From: Vitrella brassicaformis CCMP3155
Lineage: Eukaryota; Protista; Chromerida
Length of the DNA stretch: 64,000 bases
Reading direction: 5' to 3'
Assembly: GCA_001179505.1 (NCBI GenBank)
Contig: CDMY01000404.1
Location: 21,561 to 85,560 of the forward strand
Shown piece after piece: positions 50,164 to 61,187 of this stretch. Both the position numbers and the translations under genes were made by a program. Numbering within the stretch: the first letter of the stretch is position 1; every line of letters starts with the position of its first letter. Below the pieces are notes generated by a model. The model was not told where the DNA came from. It made no database searches and worked only from the letters and a program-made list of their open reading frames with translations.

Positions 50164-51627
50164 TCATCGGGAGGGTTTATGCCCTTGGAGTGCTGTCGGC
50201 AAGCCGGGGTCAGGGTGGAGAGTGTCGCCGCGCAGCGACAGGACGATGCCTCCAACAGACAGAGCCACACGATGGCTGCACACCGCAAGACAACACAGCC
50301 ATTCTGCGCCTTTGCCTCGCTCATTCCCTGCAGCAGTGCACTGACCGGACGGTGTCTGTCTTGTTTTCGTCTGTGTGGAAGGGCAGGATGGCCGTCACCT
50401 TGCCGTCCAATCCGTTGTACTGCATACACACGCGCCGCCATCGAAACCTAACAGGGAGGGATGGACGTGTGTCAACATTTTTACCTCGGGGCGGTTGACC
50501 AGGCCAGACACCCACACGTTGCTGCCCTCGGCGAATACACACGGCTTCTGGGGCTTGACTGACCTACACGCAGACACACACACACACACACACACATCCC
50601 TCCCTCCCTCCCACGTCTGTCAGCACCTGCAGCGCAGCCCCCCACCTGATCTCTTCGCCCGTCATCTGCTTGAGACTTTCCGCACAGGCAGTGATCTTGG
50701 CCTCGTTCTGCCGCAGCTGTGCCCGCAGGCGCTCCGCCTCCCCATCCCATCTGAAAGCCTCGAGGCTGGCCGCGTCAGCCGTCTTGGGGAAACGCTCGGC
50801 GATCGCCCGGCGAGCTATGGCAGTGGCCATGTGGCACCCCATGATGGTCAGCTCGGTATCGGCGGCACCATAAGGGCTGCCGGCAGTGTCCATGTCACGA
50901 AGCGCGGCGAAGTAGTAGTAGCTGGCCTTCCATGTCGCAGCGGTGCCGTCGGCCTCCGTGACACCCACATCGCGCAGCGGGCCGCCAGGCTGGTCGGGCA
51001 GCAGCGGGGAGGTGACGGGCTTGCGAATGCGCTCGATGAGGTCACACTCCTGATCAACCGAAGAACGGACAGTCTCTCTCTGTCTCTCTGTGTGTGTGTG
51101 CGTGTCCATTCCCCAACACAAACGCACACGTACCTGTCGGCACGATGGACATGGAAGTCGTGTTCCGGAAGGGAAGCTGCCAGCCTCAGAGGCGAGAGTA
51201 TTGCCCTGAATGACGGACAGTATCTCGCACACCTCACGCTTCACACACTGCACACACACAACACAACACAACACACAGCACAGGACAGCCGACCGAAACA
51301 GCATGCCCTGTCAGCCCACAAAGCCCATCTCTTTCCTCTCGGACCTACCGCAAGCAGAGGTAGTGGTTGCACGTCAGCCGAACGATGTCGGTCTTCTCGG
51401 CGAGGCTTTCGCGGCAGATGGAGCAGTCGTCACTCGGGATGGCGTACGCCTTGGGAAGAGTGAATGCAGTCGCGGCAGCTGACGGGGAAGCACGACCTGC
51501 ATGGCAGGCATCAGTCAACACATGCAGCGGTGTGCAAATGCATCTCTGTGTGTCGTCTAGTGTCGTCGGCGCAATGTTCTCCACCTCTCTTGTTCTGGAT
51601 AGACTTTAGAATCGCCAGATAGTCCAT
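50164..51627 (-). CDS. RING-finger (C3HC4-type) protein with a C-terminal SH3-like beta-barrel; one splice junction appears frameshifted
   Basis: CSICRESL..LTCNHYLCLR|CVKR..LPCPSCRQ, followed by GSNVWVSGLVNRPE|YNGLDGKV..|HRVALSVGGIVLSLRGDTL. Confidence 0.7.
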
Positions 51628-51642
51628 GGCGACTCTCCGCCA

Positions 51643-51688
51643 GAAATCCGGGTTTCAGACCCTACAACCAGACAAACCCTAACCCTGA
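51643..51688 (+). repeat. End of spacer plus right arm of the inverted-repeat element, with AAACCCTAACCCTG telo-box
   Basis: GAAATCCGGGTTTCAGACCCTACAACCAGACAAACCCTAA is identical to 56050-56089. Confidence 0.9.
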
Positions 51689-51742
51689 TGCTCTGCGAGC
51701 TGAGCTTGCAAGAGGGGAAGCAGATCTGACGGCCTCCTGAAG

Positions 51743-52490
51743 ATGGGAGGCTGTCTGGGATCCTGTTATGCGAGACTGCGGTGCAGCTGGTGCGTACGGA
51801 GGTCCACGATGACCGCTCTCCAGCTGAGGGCGTTGAGGGGCATCGGCAAAGCGTATGGAACTCTTCCTGACTGGGTGTTCGACGTTACGGATCTCTCTTA
51901 CGTACGTACCCACAACCAAGGGCAGAGCAAGGATGGGTGCATGGGGGAGAGGGAATTCACGCACGTACCGCTGATTGTGGCTGGCTTGGCGCGGTGTGTG
52001 TGCGTGTGTGTGCAGGTGGAACTATGCACGGTAACGGAGCGCCTCGGAGAGGGCGGTGAGCTGGAGGACGACGACAGAAAGGCGTTCGAGGCTACGGTAA
52101 GATATCCCACCCGGCAGACGAGCACACAGGCAGACAAGGGATATGTCCACGTGTGCTGTGTGCAGGTGGTCCGCATGTCCTGCCAAATTCGGCGGCTGCA
52201 ACTGTGGAAGGCCGAGCTTCTGCGGGGCCGACAGTTCAAGGAGTAAGCAGACGCACTCACGCCCCAACCCAGCCCATGCACAAGTCTTGATGCTGGCGCT
52301 TACTTGTCTCTCTCTCTGTGTATGTGCTCATTTGTCCATCCATCCAAACAGGTATCTGGACAGTAAGCTGCCGAAGCCGCCCCACTACCCCTACATCTTA
52401 GAGCGCCCCCCAGCAGACGCCATTGAGATATGCGAGGGCGCTGCCGGTTCACCGGGTCAAGGTCAGGTCAAGAACACCCAGGGCAGCTGA
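51743..52490 (+). CDS. Small 4-exon hypothetical protein with predicted N-myristoylation/palmitoylation (MGGCLGSC)
   Basis: In-frame GT-AG chain ..DVTDLSY|VELCTV..FEAT|VVRMSC..QFKE|YLDSKLPKPPHYPYILERPP..QGS*. Confidence 0.7.
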
Positions 52491-52859
52491 TGTTCTTGTT
52501 TCAGTGACGCGTTATTTGTTGGCTAATTACCTTAGTTTGGGTGCATTTGTATGCCGTAGTGATGAATGCAAGTGTATGATAGGCTGTTCGGTTTGTGTCG
52601 GGCTGTGCTGTCCTTCATGTCGTGTGGTGCGCTTGTGTTCCCGCGATTGCCTGTGCCTTTACCTCCGTGTGAGCAAATACACGCCGACTCATGTTCAGCT
52701 GTGAAAGCCAATAGCTCGTAGAGTGCTGTGAGCAGTGACCCTACTTTTCTTTACATGGATGGCTGTCAGCACAGCGATTAGTTAATGGGCGGGTCCATGC
52801 CTGTTCGACTGCCAGTGAGTGTATCGACTTGCAGTGCGTGTACGCATTGATTGATCGTC

Positions 52860-53830
52860 AATCAAACATTGAGCTCCTCCTCTCTGGCTGGCAGTGCAGC
52901 TGGGGCCGGCATGGCGGCCTGCGGCCCATAGAACTCATTCCGCGGCGGCTGAGAGCAGAACTGCGATGCTCATCCACAAACCTACCACCCACACATCCGA
53001 TGCTCCACACACATGGATGGATTGCACCTCCTGCCGATGGCTCACGTTTGTTTGTCCCTGGCGAATCGCGCGGCCGGCTGCAGCGCGTCGGCGAGGAAGG
53101 CGAAGCGGCCGGCTGCAGTGGGTGAGAACGATATGTCCTCACCCGCGGGATGAGTCCTCCTCTGTTTGGACGCCTGGTGGGCGCCTTCCTTGGCAGCAGT
53201 CCGTGTGGTGCCGTCGGGGCGCCACTCGTAGCCGTGAGTGAGCGAGAAGCGCCACAGCCGACCTCATTGTCTCAGACCACTCATCTGAACCACACACACG
53301 ACAGATCGACACAGAGAGCGAGAGTGGGCATCGATCTCGGCTGCTCACCAAGGCTGGTGGCTTTGTCACTGAGGCATGCGGAGAGATGGCGCCTCGTAAA
53401 TCACACTGTCCGGCACGCAACACGTCTGCACCACACAACACACACATACAGACACACAGCCACAGCGACATAATAAACAGCCATCTGTGAAGCAGGCAGG
53501 CACCCATGAGTGAGTCATTCGGCCAATGTACAGTACATTTGCAGTTTGGCGATGATCCATCCAGAGGTCCGAGGAGCTGATGAGTCCGGCCCCCGCTGCT
53601 GGAGCTCATCCGCGGAATCGACTGAACCATTCGGCATCTCGACGCCATCCAAATCACTGCAAACACACACACACACAAGCATACACACTCACTCACATGA
53701 GTCCAGCGCTGTCTTGCCGCTCTTTGCCTGTCTGTTTGCCTCACTCACTCACTCAGGCACCTCTTCGCCTCGCCGCAGCCGCTGTTCAGGGCCGAAGAGG
53801 CGGGCGAGCTGTAGAAATCTGCATGCACCC
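52860..53830 (-). other. Possible spliced hypothetical gene or degenerate remnant
   Basis: Several GC-rich segments bounded by AG/GT, e.g. FLQLARLFGPEQRLRRGEE and GRFAFLADALQPAARFARDKQ. No consistent open model could be built. Confidence 0.25.
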
Positions 53831-54477
53831 GGCCAGGCGGCCGAGCCATAGATTGAACTGAATTGAACTGATGGGTATTGAATGTCATGCAATGCGACAA
53901 AATCCATCGATCATAACAGTCTGTCTCACCCACATAAATTGATCCCAGGTACATGACATGAGTGTACAACCATGCAGTCACATCTAGCTACTCATCAGGT
54001 CATCTAACTGAGACAGTCACATCGATCTGCCGGGTAAATCTTGAGTTCCATTTATGTGATACGTGTCTACACATTCAGAGACAGAGACAGATATCAGCCG
54101 TAAGCCACCACGTGCAGCAAACACCAACAGAACCACCGACCGCTCAGCCGATAGGTGCAGTCAGTCAGTCAGTCATTCGCGCAGGCAGAGGGCGAGAGAG
54201 AGGCCAAACAGACAGACAGACATACAGACAGACATGGCAGCCAGCCACTGATGAATGCACACACGCATATCGAGTGGCAGATAGACAGAGTCTAACCAGT
54301 CAGAAAACCCACGCGCACCATTGCAGCCGTCTATGCGACCAGCAGTGCCCCTCTCACTCTCACCGCCGCCGCCCAGCCTAACACACACATGGAACGACAG
54401 ACATCATTGGGGTCGTCGTGTGTGTGCGCATCTTCTGCTCGTCTCAGTCGTGTTTGTTGCGGACACACCTCAGGTGT

Positions 54478-55820
54478 CTATTGATCGAAGATCCTGGCTG
54501 AGATGACGGCCCCCAGCACCGATCGCACCAGCCGAGTGGTCACTGGGAAGCGGTCCTTGAAGGCACCCACACCAGACACAGCCGGCTCGGCCGTGCGGAC
54601 CTGGACAAGAACTGCAAAGCAATCACAGGAGAGGACAGTAGATGAGAGTGAGTGCTGTGTGTGTGTGTCCTTTTCACCCTCCGTCCCCTCTTGGTGTGCC
54701 CTGGTGGGCTGACCGGTGTTCATGTAGGGGCTCTCCATGATGTGGATCCATGCGACGAACAACTGGCCGGCGTCTGTCAGGACGAGACGATGAGAAGTGA
54801 AGCCGGCAGCGAAGCGGTATGATGCCGTAGTTGTGCATCCTTCCACTGGTGTGTGGGGGGAATGCGTCATGAGGTTGAGCAGCCGGTTGTTGTCAACAAG
54901 CCTGACCGATGAATGACACACATATAACGCACACTCATATGTCGTGGCAATGCCCACACAGAGTGATGCCCCGCCTCACCTGTCGATACGTGTACGGCCA
55001 GTGCTGTTGAGCTGGTGAGTGCCTCTGAAGTGGTTGAGGACGTTTCTCTTGACCAACGACGACACGGACGAGTAGTCGTAAGGACCCAGCGGCAGCAGCC
55101 GCCAGCCCGTGAGCAGCCGGTAGTCGATCCTGCTGCGGACGGGCGGGTCATGCGGCTGTCGGTCCTGCTGATAGAGGTGGGCGGCATAGAGGGGCGGGCT
55201 GATGTCGATCTCGAAGCCGTCCTGATCCTTGACGGCCCGCAGTGTGTCGCCGTGGTGGAACAGCTGGAAGGTCACGCCGCCGCCGAAGTCGATGTGGGGG
55301 CCGACCATCTTGAGCTGAGCCAACACACGGGGAGCGGCCAAATACGCCTGCACACACAACACACCACACACCGATTGAGGCCACCCTCCCTCCCTCCCTC
55401 CCTCGGTTGGCTTACCGTCTTGTTTGGGTATTGGTGCAGATCAGCGGCAGTGAGCCTCACAGGCAGCTGGCAGTTGCCGCACTGCCCCGCCAGCTCGACC
55501 GCCTCGCTCATCTCACTCCAGCCGCCCGCCTCCGCCACACACAGCGCCGCCAGCAGGTCACCCACACCCATCTGCTGCTGGTCGAAGGTCAGCAGCTGCT
55601 GTCCGTTGGCCGTCCGCCGCAGCCCCGCCTGTGTGCTGAGCGAATGGCTGAGCCGCTGCCGAAGCTGAGGCGCTTTGAAGAGCTCTCTGAGCCAGCGGCA
55701 TGTGGCCCTCAGCTTCAGGATGTCATCGAGGCTGAGAAGGTAGAAGCTGCGGCGGCCGACGAAGATGTACTCGATGGGATGCTGCTGCTGGTTGGGCTGC
55801 TGTTGCTGTGTGTCCTGCAT
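54478..55820 (-). CDS. Tandem family copy D, apparently intact; F-box-like N-terminal segment
   Basis: Four exons in frame without stops: MQDTQQ..LSLDDILKLRATCRWLRELF..YPNKT|AYLAAPRVLAQLKMVG..IDR|LVDNNRLL..|VLVQVRTAE..ARIFDQ*. Confidence 0.75.
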
Positions 55821-56001
55821 CGAGGCTGTCAGGTCTGCAGAGAGGCAGATTGGCGAGAGAGAGAGAGGGCGGGCGGGGAAGGCGATGCCTCAAAGACGAG
55901 ATGCCGGGCAACCAAAGAAGCAGAAGATGGGAGTGGGCATTCCTAGGGCATGTGTCCTTGGCTACCTCGCTGATCATCTACGACTGCGCAAGGCTGCTCG
56001 A

Positions 56002-56087
56002 AGGGTTTCTGGGGTTGCAGGGTATGAAACCCAGAAGAGTGTTCCTCGCGAAATCCGGGTTTCAGACCCTACAACCAGACAAACCCT
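56002..56087. repeat. Intact 86-bp element: 31-bp imperfect inverted repeats around a 24-nt spacer, built from telo-box-like units
   Basis: Left arm AGGGTTTCTGGGGTTGCAGGGTATGAAACCC; reverse complement of the right arm AGGGTTTGTCTGGTTGTAGGGTCTGAAACCC (26/31 match). Confidence 0.9.
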
Positions 56088-56099
56088 AATGCTCTCGCC

Positions 56100-58850
56100 G
56101 CAGTTGGCCTGTAGGCGTTGGAGAGCGGTCGAATGCAATGCAGCAGATAGACCGATTAAGCGTTAGCTAACACACAGCTGACTGAGTGCGTCACAACCAT
56201 TGTCAGTCACCGCACCAACCGCATCACGCACACGGCGCCCAGCCGGCCAGGAATGAATCAATGAACCCCATCACATGAACAGACCAGAAAAATCATTGGC
56301 ACACAAGTGGCAGGCAGGCACACAGGCAGGCAGGCAGACGGGCAATTGGGCGGCCAGACATGGCGCAGCAGGGCAATCCCATGATGGCATTGCAGTGGCA
56401 GGGGGGCTATATCAACACAGCGGACAGAGAGAGAGAGAAAGAGCGAGCCACCAGCCACCTTGCCAGCGGTCCAGGCACCCACCCACCCAGCCAGTATATT
56501 ATCGAATTACATTCGCAGCAACAGAGTGCATGTGATGTGATGTGATGTGATGTGTGTGGTGTGTAAAGTGATGCGCATCATATGTGTGTGTGGTGGGGTG
56601 TGTACAGTATGGCTATACATGGCCCCTTGCATCGTCCGTGCGTCGGTCAAATCACCAAGACCGATAGATACCACACAGACAGACAGACAGACAGACAACA
56701 CACATGCACCTGACGCGAGACCGGTCAGTCGTCCGCCAATCTCTCTCCCTCCCTCCCTCCCTCCCGCCCTCTCTCTGTTCACACCGGCAGGCAGGCCTGG
56801 CTTAGCTTAGCTTAACTTAGCTTACAACGACAACAAAGGAGCCATTGGACATTGGAGACTGACTACACACACACATTAGTTAGACATTACAAAGAACACA
56901 CCCCACCCCACCCCACCAGTCACACCCGGTTTGATTGAATGAAGCTGGGGCTGGTTGGTCATTGCAATGGCATTGGCCGTACCGTACGTACGTGGGAATC
57001 GGTCGATTCATTCAACAAAAGAAAGATACAAAGAGCAGGGCGGACGGGACGGGACGCACTTACCCTGGCAGGCACACACACACACACATCATCGTTGAGT
57101 TACCTATATGGGTGTGTCCGCCTGTGCGTGTGCGTGATCTGTGTCCGCCATGCTGCCGTGCTGTACTGCCGTCATGGTCCATGTGGCAGCCACAGGGCAA
57201 CATGCAACACAACCAACACCCACACACGAGACACACACACACACAGATCTCTCTCTCTCTCTCTGTCAGGTTATCTCGCTCTTGCGACGGGTGTGGTGTG
57301 CGTGTCGTGTGTGCGCTGCACACAGGTCGTTGTGCACACGGGCCTGCCTGCCTGCCTGCCTGTCTGCCTGACTCTACGTCAATCAGGTAGGTAATCAGGT
57401 AGTAGTGGTGTATATCACAGTATGGTGAGTGAATGCCCCGCGGATAAAGGCAGGCAGGTATCTTAAGAACCATTGCAACTTGCAAATCCGATCCGGCCAA
57501 TCAATCATGTCAGTCAATCCATTCCATCAAACAGACAGACAGACAGTCATGTCAGCCACTGGGTCTGTCTCACTACACCACACACGGCCACAGCCATCCT
57601 TGCAGCCAGCCAACCATCCCTCCATCCATCCCACATACTCACGCGCGGCCACGCCATCAACACACACTCACTGTTGCCGCAGAGAGGCAGGCGGGCGGGA
57701 AAAAGACAGGCGCAGGATAGAATCGACAAAACAGCAACAGCAGCCAGGCCAGGCAACCAAGCAGGCAGGCAGGCACACGCAATGCTCTGCAGGGACCGGT
57801 GTGTGCGAACATGGGAAGGGGGAACGAGCCACGTGTGTGTGTGTGTGTATGTTGCAGGTGTGGTGTGTTGTGCGTGAGAGTGCGCATGGTTAGTTACTGT
57901 TCTGTACTGCCTAGCAGCCGATCTGATCTGTGGGAAAACTCTCTCTCCCTCTCCCCCTTCTCTCACTCAGTGTGTCCATCCATCCATCCATCCAACCGGC
58001 CGTCGGTCGTCCAGACCAATTCAGCTACCTACTGTATCCCTCCCTCTCTCTCAGTCTCCCTCCCTCCCTGTATCTCCACCCACCCCTCCCTCTACCAAAC
58101 AGACAGACAGACAGACAACCAGACAGACAGACAGGCCATCCGTCAATGAGTGTATTCACATAGGCAGGCAGGCAGGCAGGACACAGTACCACACACACAA
58201 CAGCATGTAGGTCACGTGGCCGTGAATAGTGGTGAGTGGGGGGGTGGGTGTGTGGTGTGTACCGGGTGCGTAGCGTAGCTTAGCTTAGCTTGCCGACGAT
58301 CTGTCTGTGCGTCAGCCGATGTGTGTGTCCTGTCGTGTGGTGTGGTGTGTCGTATGGTATGGTATGGTACAGCGGCTCCCTAGCTGCTTGTGTGTGTGTG
58401 TGTGTGATCCATCGACACGACGGCCATCCATCCGCACAACCAGGCAGGCAGACTGACTGACAAACCACACACCACACCACACCATACAGTCATAAACGCA
58501 CCACAGTCACACTCTCACTCACACGTGCCATGCACAGCCATGCAATCTCCGTTGATAGCGATCGCCCCCCCAGCCCCCCATTGGTACTGTAACAACACAC
58601 ACGCGCACGCGCATCCACACTCACAGCTGGATGGATGGATGTGCCAAAAAGCAAAACCAGGGTGGGTGGCAGCTTTCCATCTCCGTATGTATCGGCGCAT
58701 TATCACGATGAACCAACCAACCACTCAATCAACCGACCACCAGCCGTCTGACCACTAACTACGTCCGCCCCTGTCCTGTCTGTATCGGTATCCGTATCTC
58801 AAATATGGTGCATCGTATCGCGTGTGATGGTGTGTGTATGGTGATGTATG
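56100..58850. repeat. Microsatellite-rich intergenic or 3' UTR region
   Basis: (GATGT)n, (GACA)n, (CTTAG)n, (CA)n and (GGTAT)n tracts; no supported CDS. Confidence 0.6.
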
Positions 58851-58854
58851 GCGT

Positions 58855-60957
58855 TTACGAGCGCGAGAACCAGTCGGGGACGACCTTGGTCCGGTGCTCG
58901 GGGGCCATCTGCTCGAGCTCGTCATCCGTGAGGGTGAACAGCTCGGGCATCGCCGAAGAGTTGGGCAGCCGCGTGCCCTCCTGCCGCAACTCGTCGAAGA
59001 ACTCGTGGGACAACGCCTGACGACACACACACACACACACACACGGGGGGAGTGGGTGCTGATGTGGGGGGGTTGTGGGTGTGGCGAGGGCAGCGTACGT
59101 CGTATGCCTTGAGGCGTTCGTTCGGCTCGTATTTGAGCAGTTTGGCGATCAGGTCCAGCCCCTCGGCAGGCACACCACTACCGAACACCTGCACCCACCA
59201 CATACCACACCACATCACACCACGGGCACATGTGTCGTGCACTAGTCCTTTCCAATCACGCTCCCTCCCTCCCTCCCGCTCTCTCCCTCCCGCTCTGTGT
59301 GTGTGTGCGTACCTTCTGCCAGGGTCGGGGCTTCACGTCAGGGAAACGGAACTCAGTGTAGTTGGGGTTCATGGCCTAACGGACAACACCACACCACAGC
59401 ACAGCACAGCACTGTGTGTGGGGTGTCACGGTGACCGACATGACATGGACCTACACCACACCGACCTGCATCTGCTCCCGAGTGGGGGTGCCCATGGTCT
59501 GGATGATCTTGACGAGTTGGTCCACCGAGGTCTCGCCCGCGAACAGCGGACGGCCCAGCAACATCTCACCCAACACACAGCCTGCAGTGCAGGACACACC
59601 AACCAACACACACATGGATGAGGGATGGATGGATGGAAGGGTAAGTGAGTGTGGTGGTTTGTACCGATGCTCCAGATGTCTATGGCGGTGGTGTACTCCG
59701 TGGCGCCCAGCATGAGCTCCGGAGCACGGTAGTAACGCGAGCAGATGTACGCAACCGACTGCTCACCTGCACACACACAAACCGTCAGTCAGGAGTGCCT
59801 TCCTGTGTGTGTGTGTCTGTGTGTGGGGTGGGGGGGTGTGAGAGTGTTATGGTACCCGGGATGAGCCGCTTCGCGGATCCGAAGTCGCACAACTTCAACA
59901 CGTGGCTGCGGGTGTCCACGAGCAAGTTCTGCGGCTTGATGTCGCGGTGGCAAATCCTGACACACACGTTCACACCACACACACACACACACAGATGACA
60001 TGACATGAGAGGCTGGCTGATCGACGGCTGCCCGTCCGTCCGTCTGGTGGTGTGGTGTGGTGTGGTGTGGGGTAGGGTAGGTACCCCAGTGAGTGCAGGT
60101 AGCCCAGCGCCCGGCACATCTGGTAAACGTAAACCTGCACCACACAAACCACACAGACCACACACACACACACAGGGAGAGACCGCCATCACCATAATGC
60201 GCCCATCTCTCCCCTCCCGGCCTCAAGTGCATCATCCATCCATCCCATGCACACATCACGTCCACCGCGAGATACATACACACATACCTTGACCAGTATC
60301 ATGGGAACGCGCGAGTTGTTGCGGACGTAGGAGCGCACCACGCGGTAGGCGGTCTCGGGGATGAACTCCATCACCACGTGCAGGAACTTCTCGCCCTCCC
60401 GCTCGCCAGGGGCCTCCGTGTAGTAGTAGTCCTTCAACTCAACCACGTTCGGGTGACGCAACACCTTCAACACGCCACACACACAACACACAACACACAA
60501 GGCCATCCATCCATCCATCCATCCATTCATCCACGCAGGAGGGCATCTGGCAGGCATGTGTGTATCTGTGTCATGGTACCTTACCTTCATGATATCGAGC
60601 TCTCGGTTTTTGTATCGGGGGTCCTGCAACACCTTCTTGATGGCCACCGTATCGCCCGTGTCCATGGCCGTCGCCTCAATCACCACACCGAAACTCCCGT
60701 TGCCCAACAACTTACCTGCACACACACATCCCACCACATCCACAACAGACAGACAGAGAGATGGATAGCTCGAGATAGCCCCTCCCTCTCTCCCACCATC
60801 ACTGACCCATCTGGTACTCAGTACGAGGCCGGTTGCGGTCACGGCCGCTCGAGCCGCCCTCGCCACGGTTGGTGCGCCCGGAGGACCTATTCGCCTTGCT
60901 GGCGTCGGCACCCTGGGCCTGCGACTGGACGGCCGTGTTGGGAGCCGGATCAGACAT
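58855..60957 (-). CDS. GSK3: Glycogen synthase kinase 3 / shaggy-like CMGC kinase (about 11 exons)
   Basis: [88 protein letters not shown] and [11 protein letters not shown] are diagnostic GSK3 motifs. Confidence 0.97.
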
Positions 60958-61187
60958 GGCGAGAAGCGATGAGGGAAGTGCAACCAGCGATGAGAGGGTG
61001 ACGTCAGAGGGCCCAGGGGCTAGACAGGAAGAGAGACACAGCCGTGCTGCTGGGGGTCAACACGCAGGAAGGGGAGCCTCGCTCTCACAGCGAGTTTCGC
61101 CTTTAGAAGCCTCACAGGAAAGCACATACACAGCGATTGCACGCTCAACAGTGAGCTCGCACTCGTCGCTCGGAAAAAGTTTGCGCA

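Noticed and set aside
41440-56087. CRISPR array or autonomous transposon behind the repeats
   Set aside because: No regular repeat-spacer periodicity, and no transposase, reverse transcriptase or integrase motif found in the window.
56800-58292. (CTTAG)n tracts as interstitial telomere
   Set aside because: Only 3-5 units, indistinguishable from the other pentamer microsatellites here.
60815-60840. RPRT as the GSK3-beta Ser9 inhibitory motif
   Set aside because: It is followed by EY, which begins the first kinase strand, and there is no Ser at the expected position.
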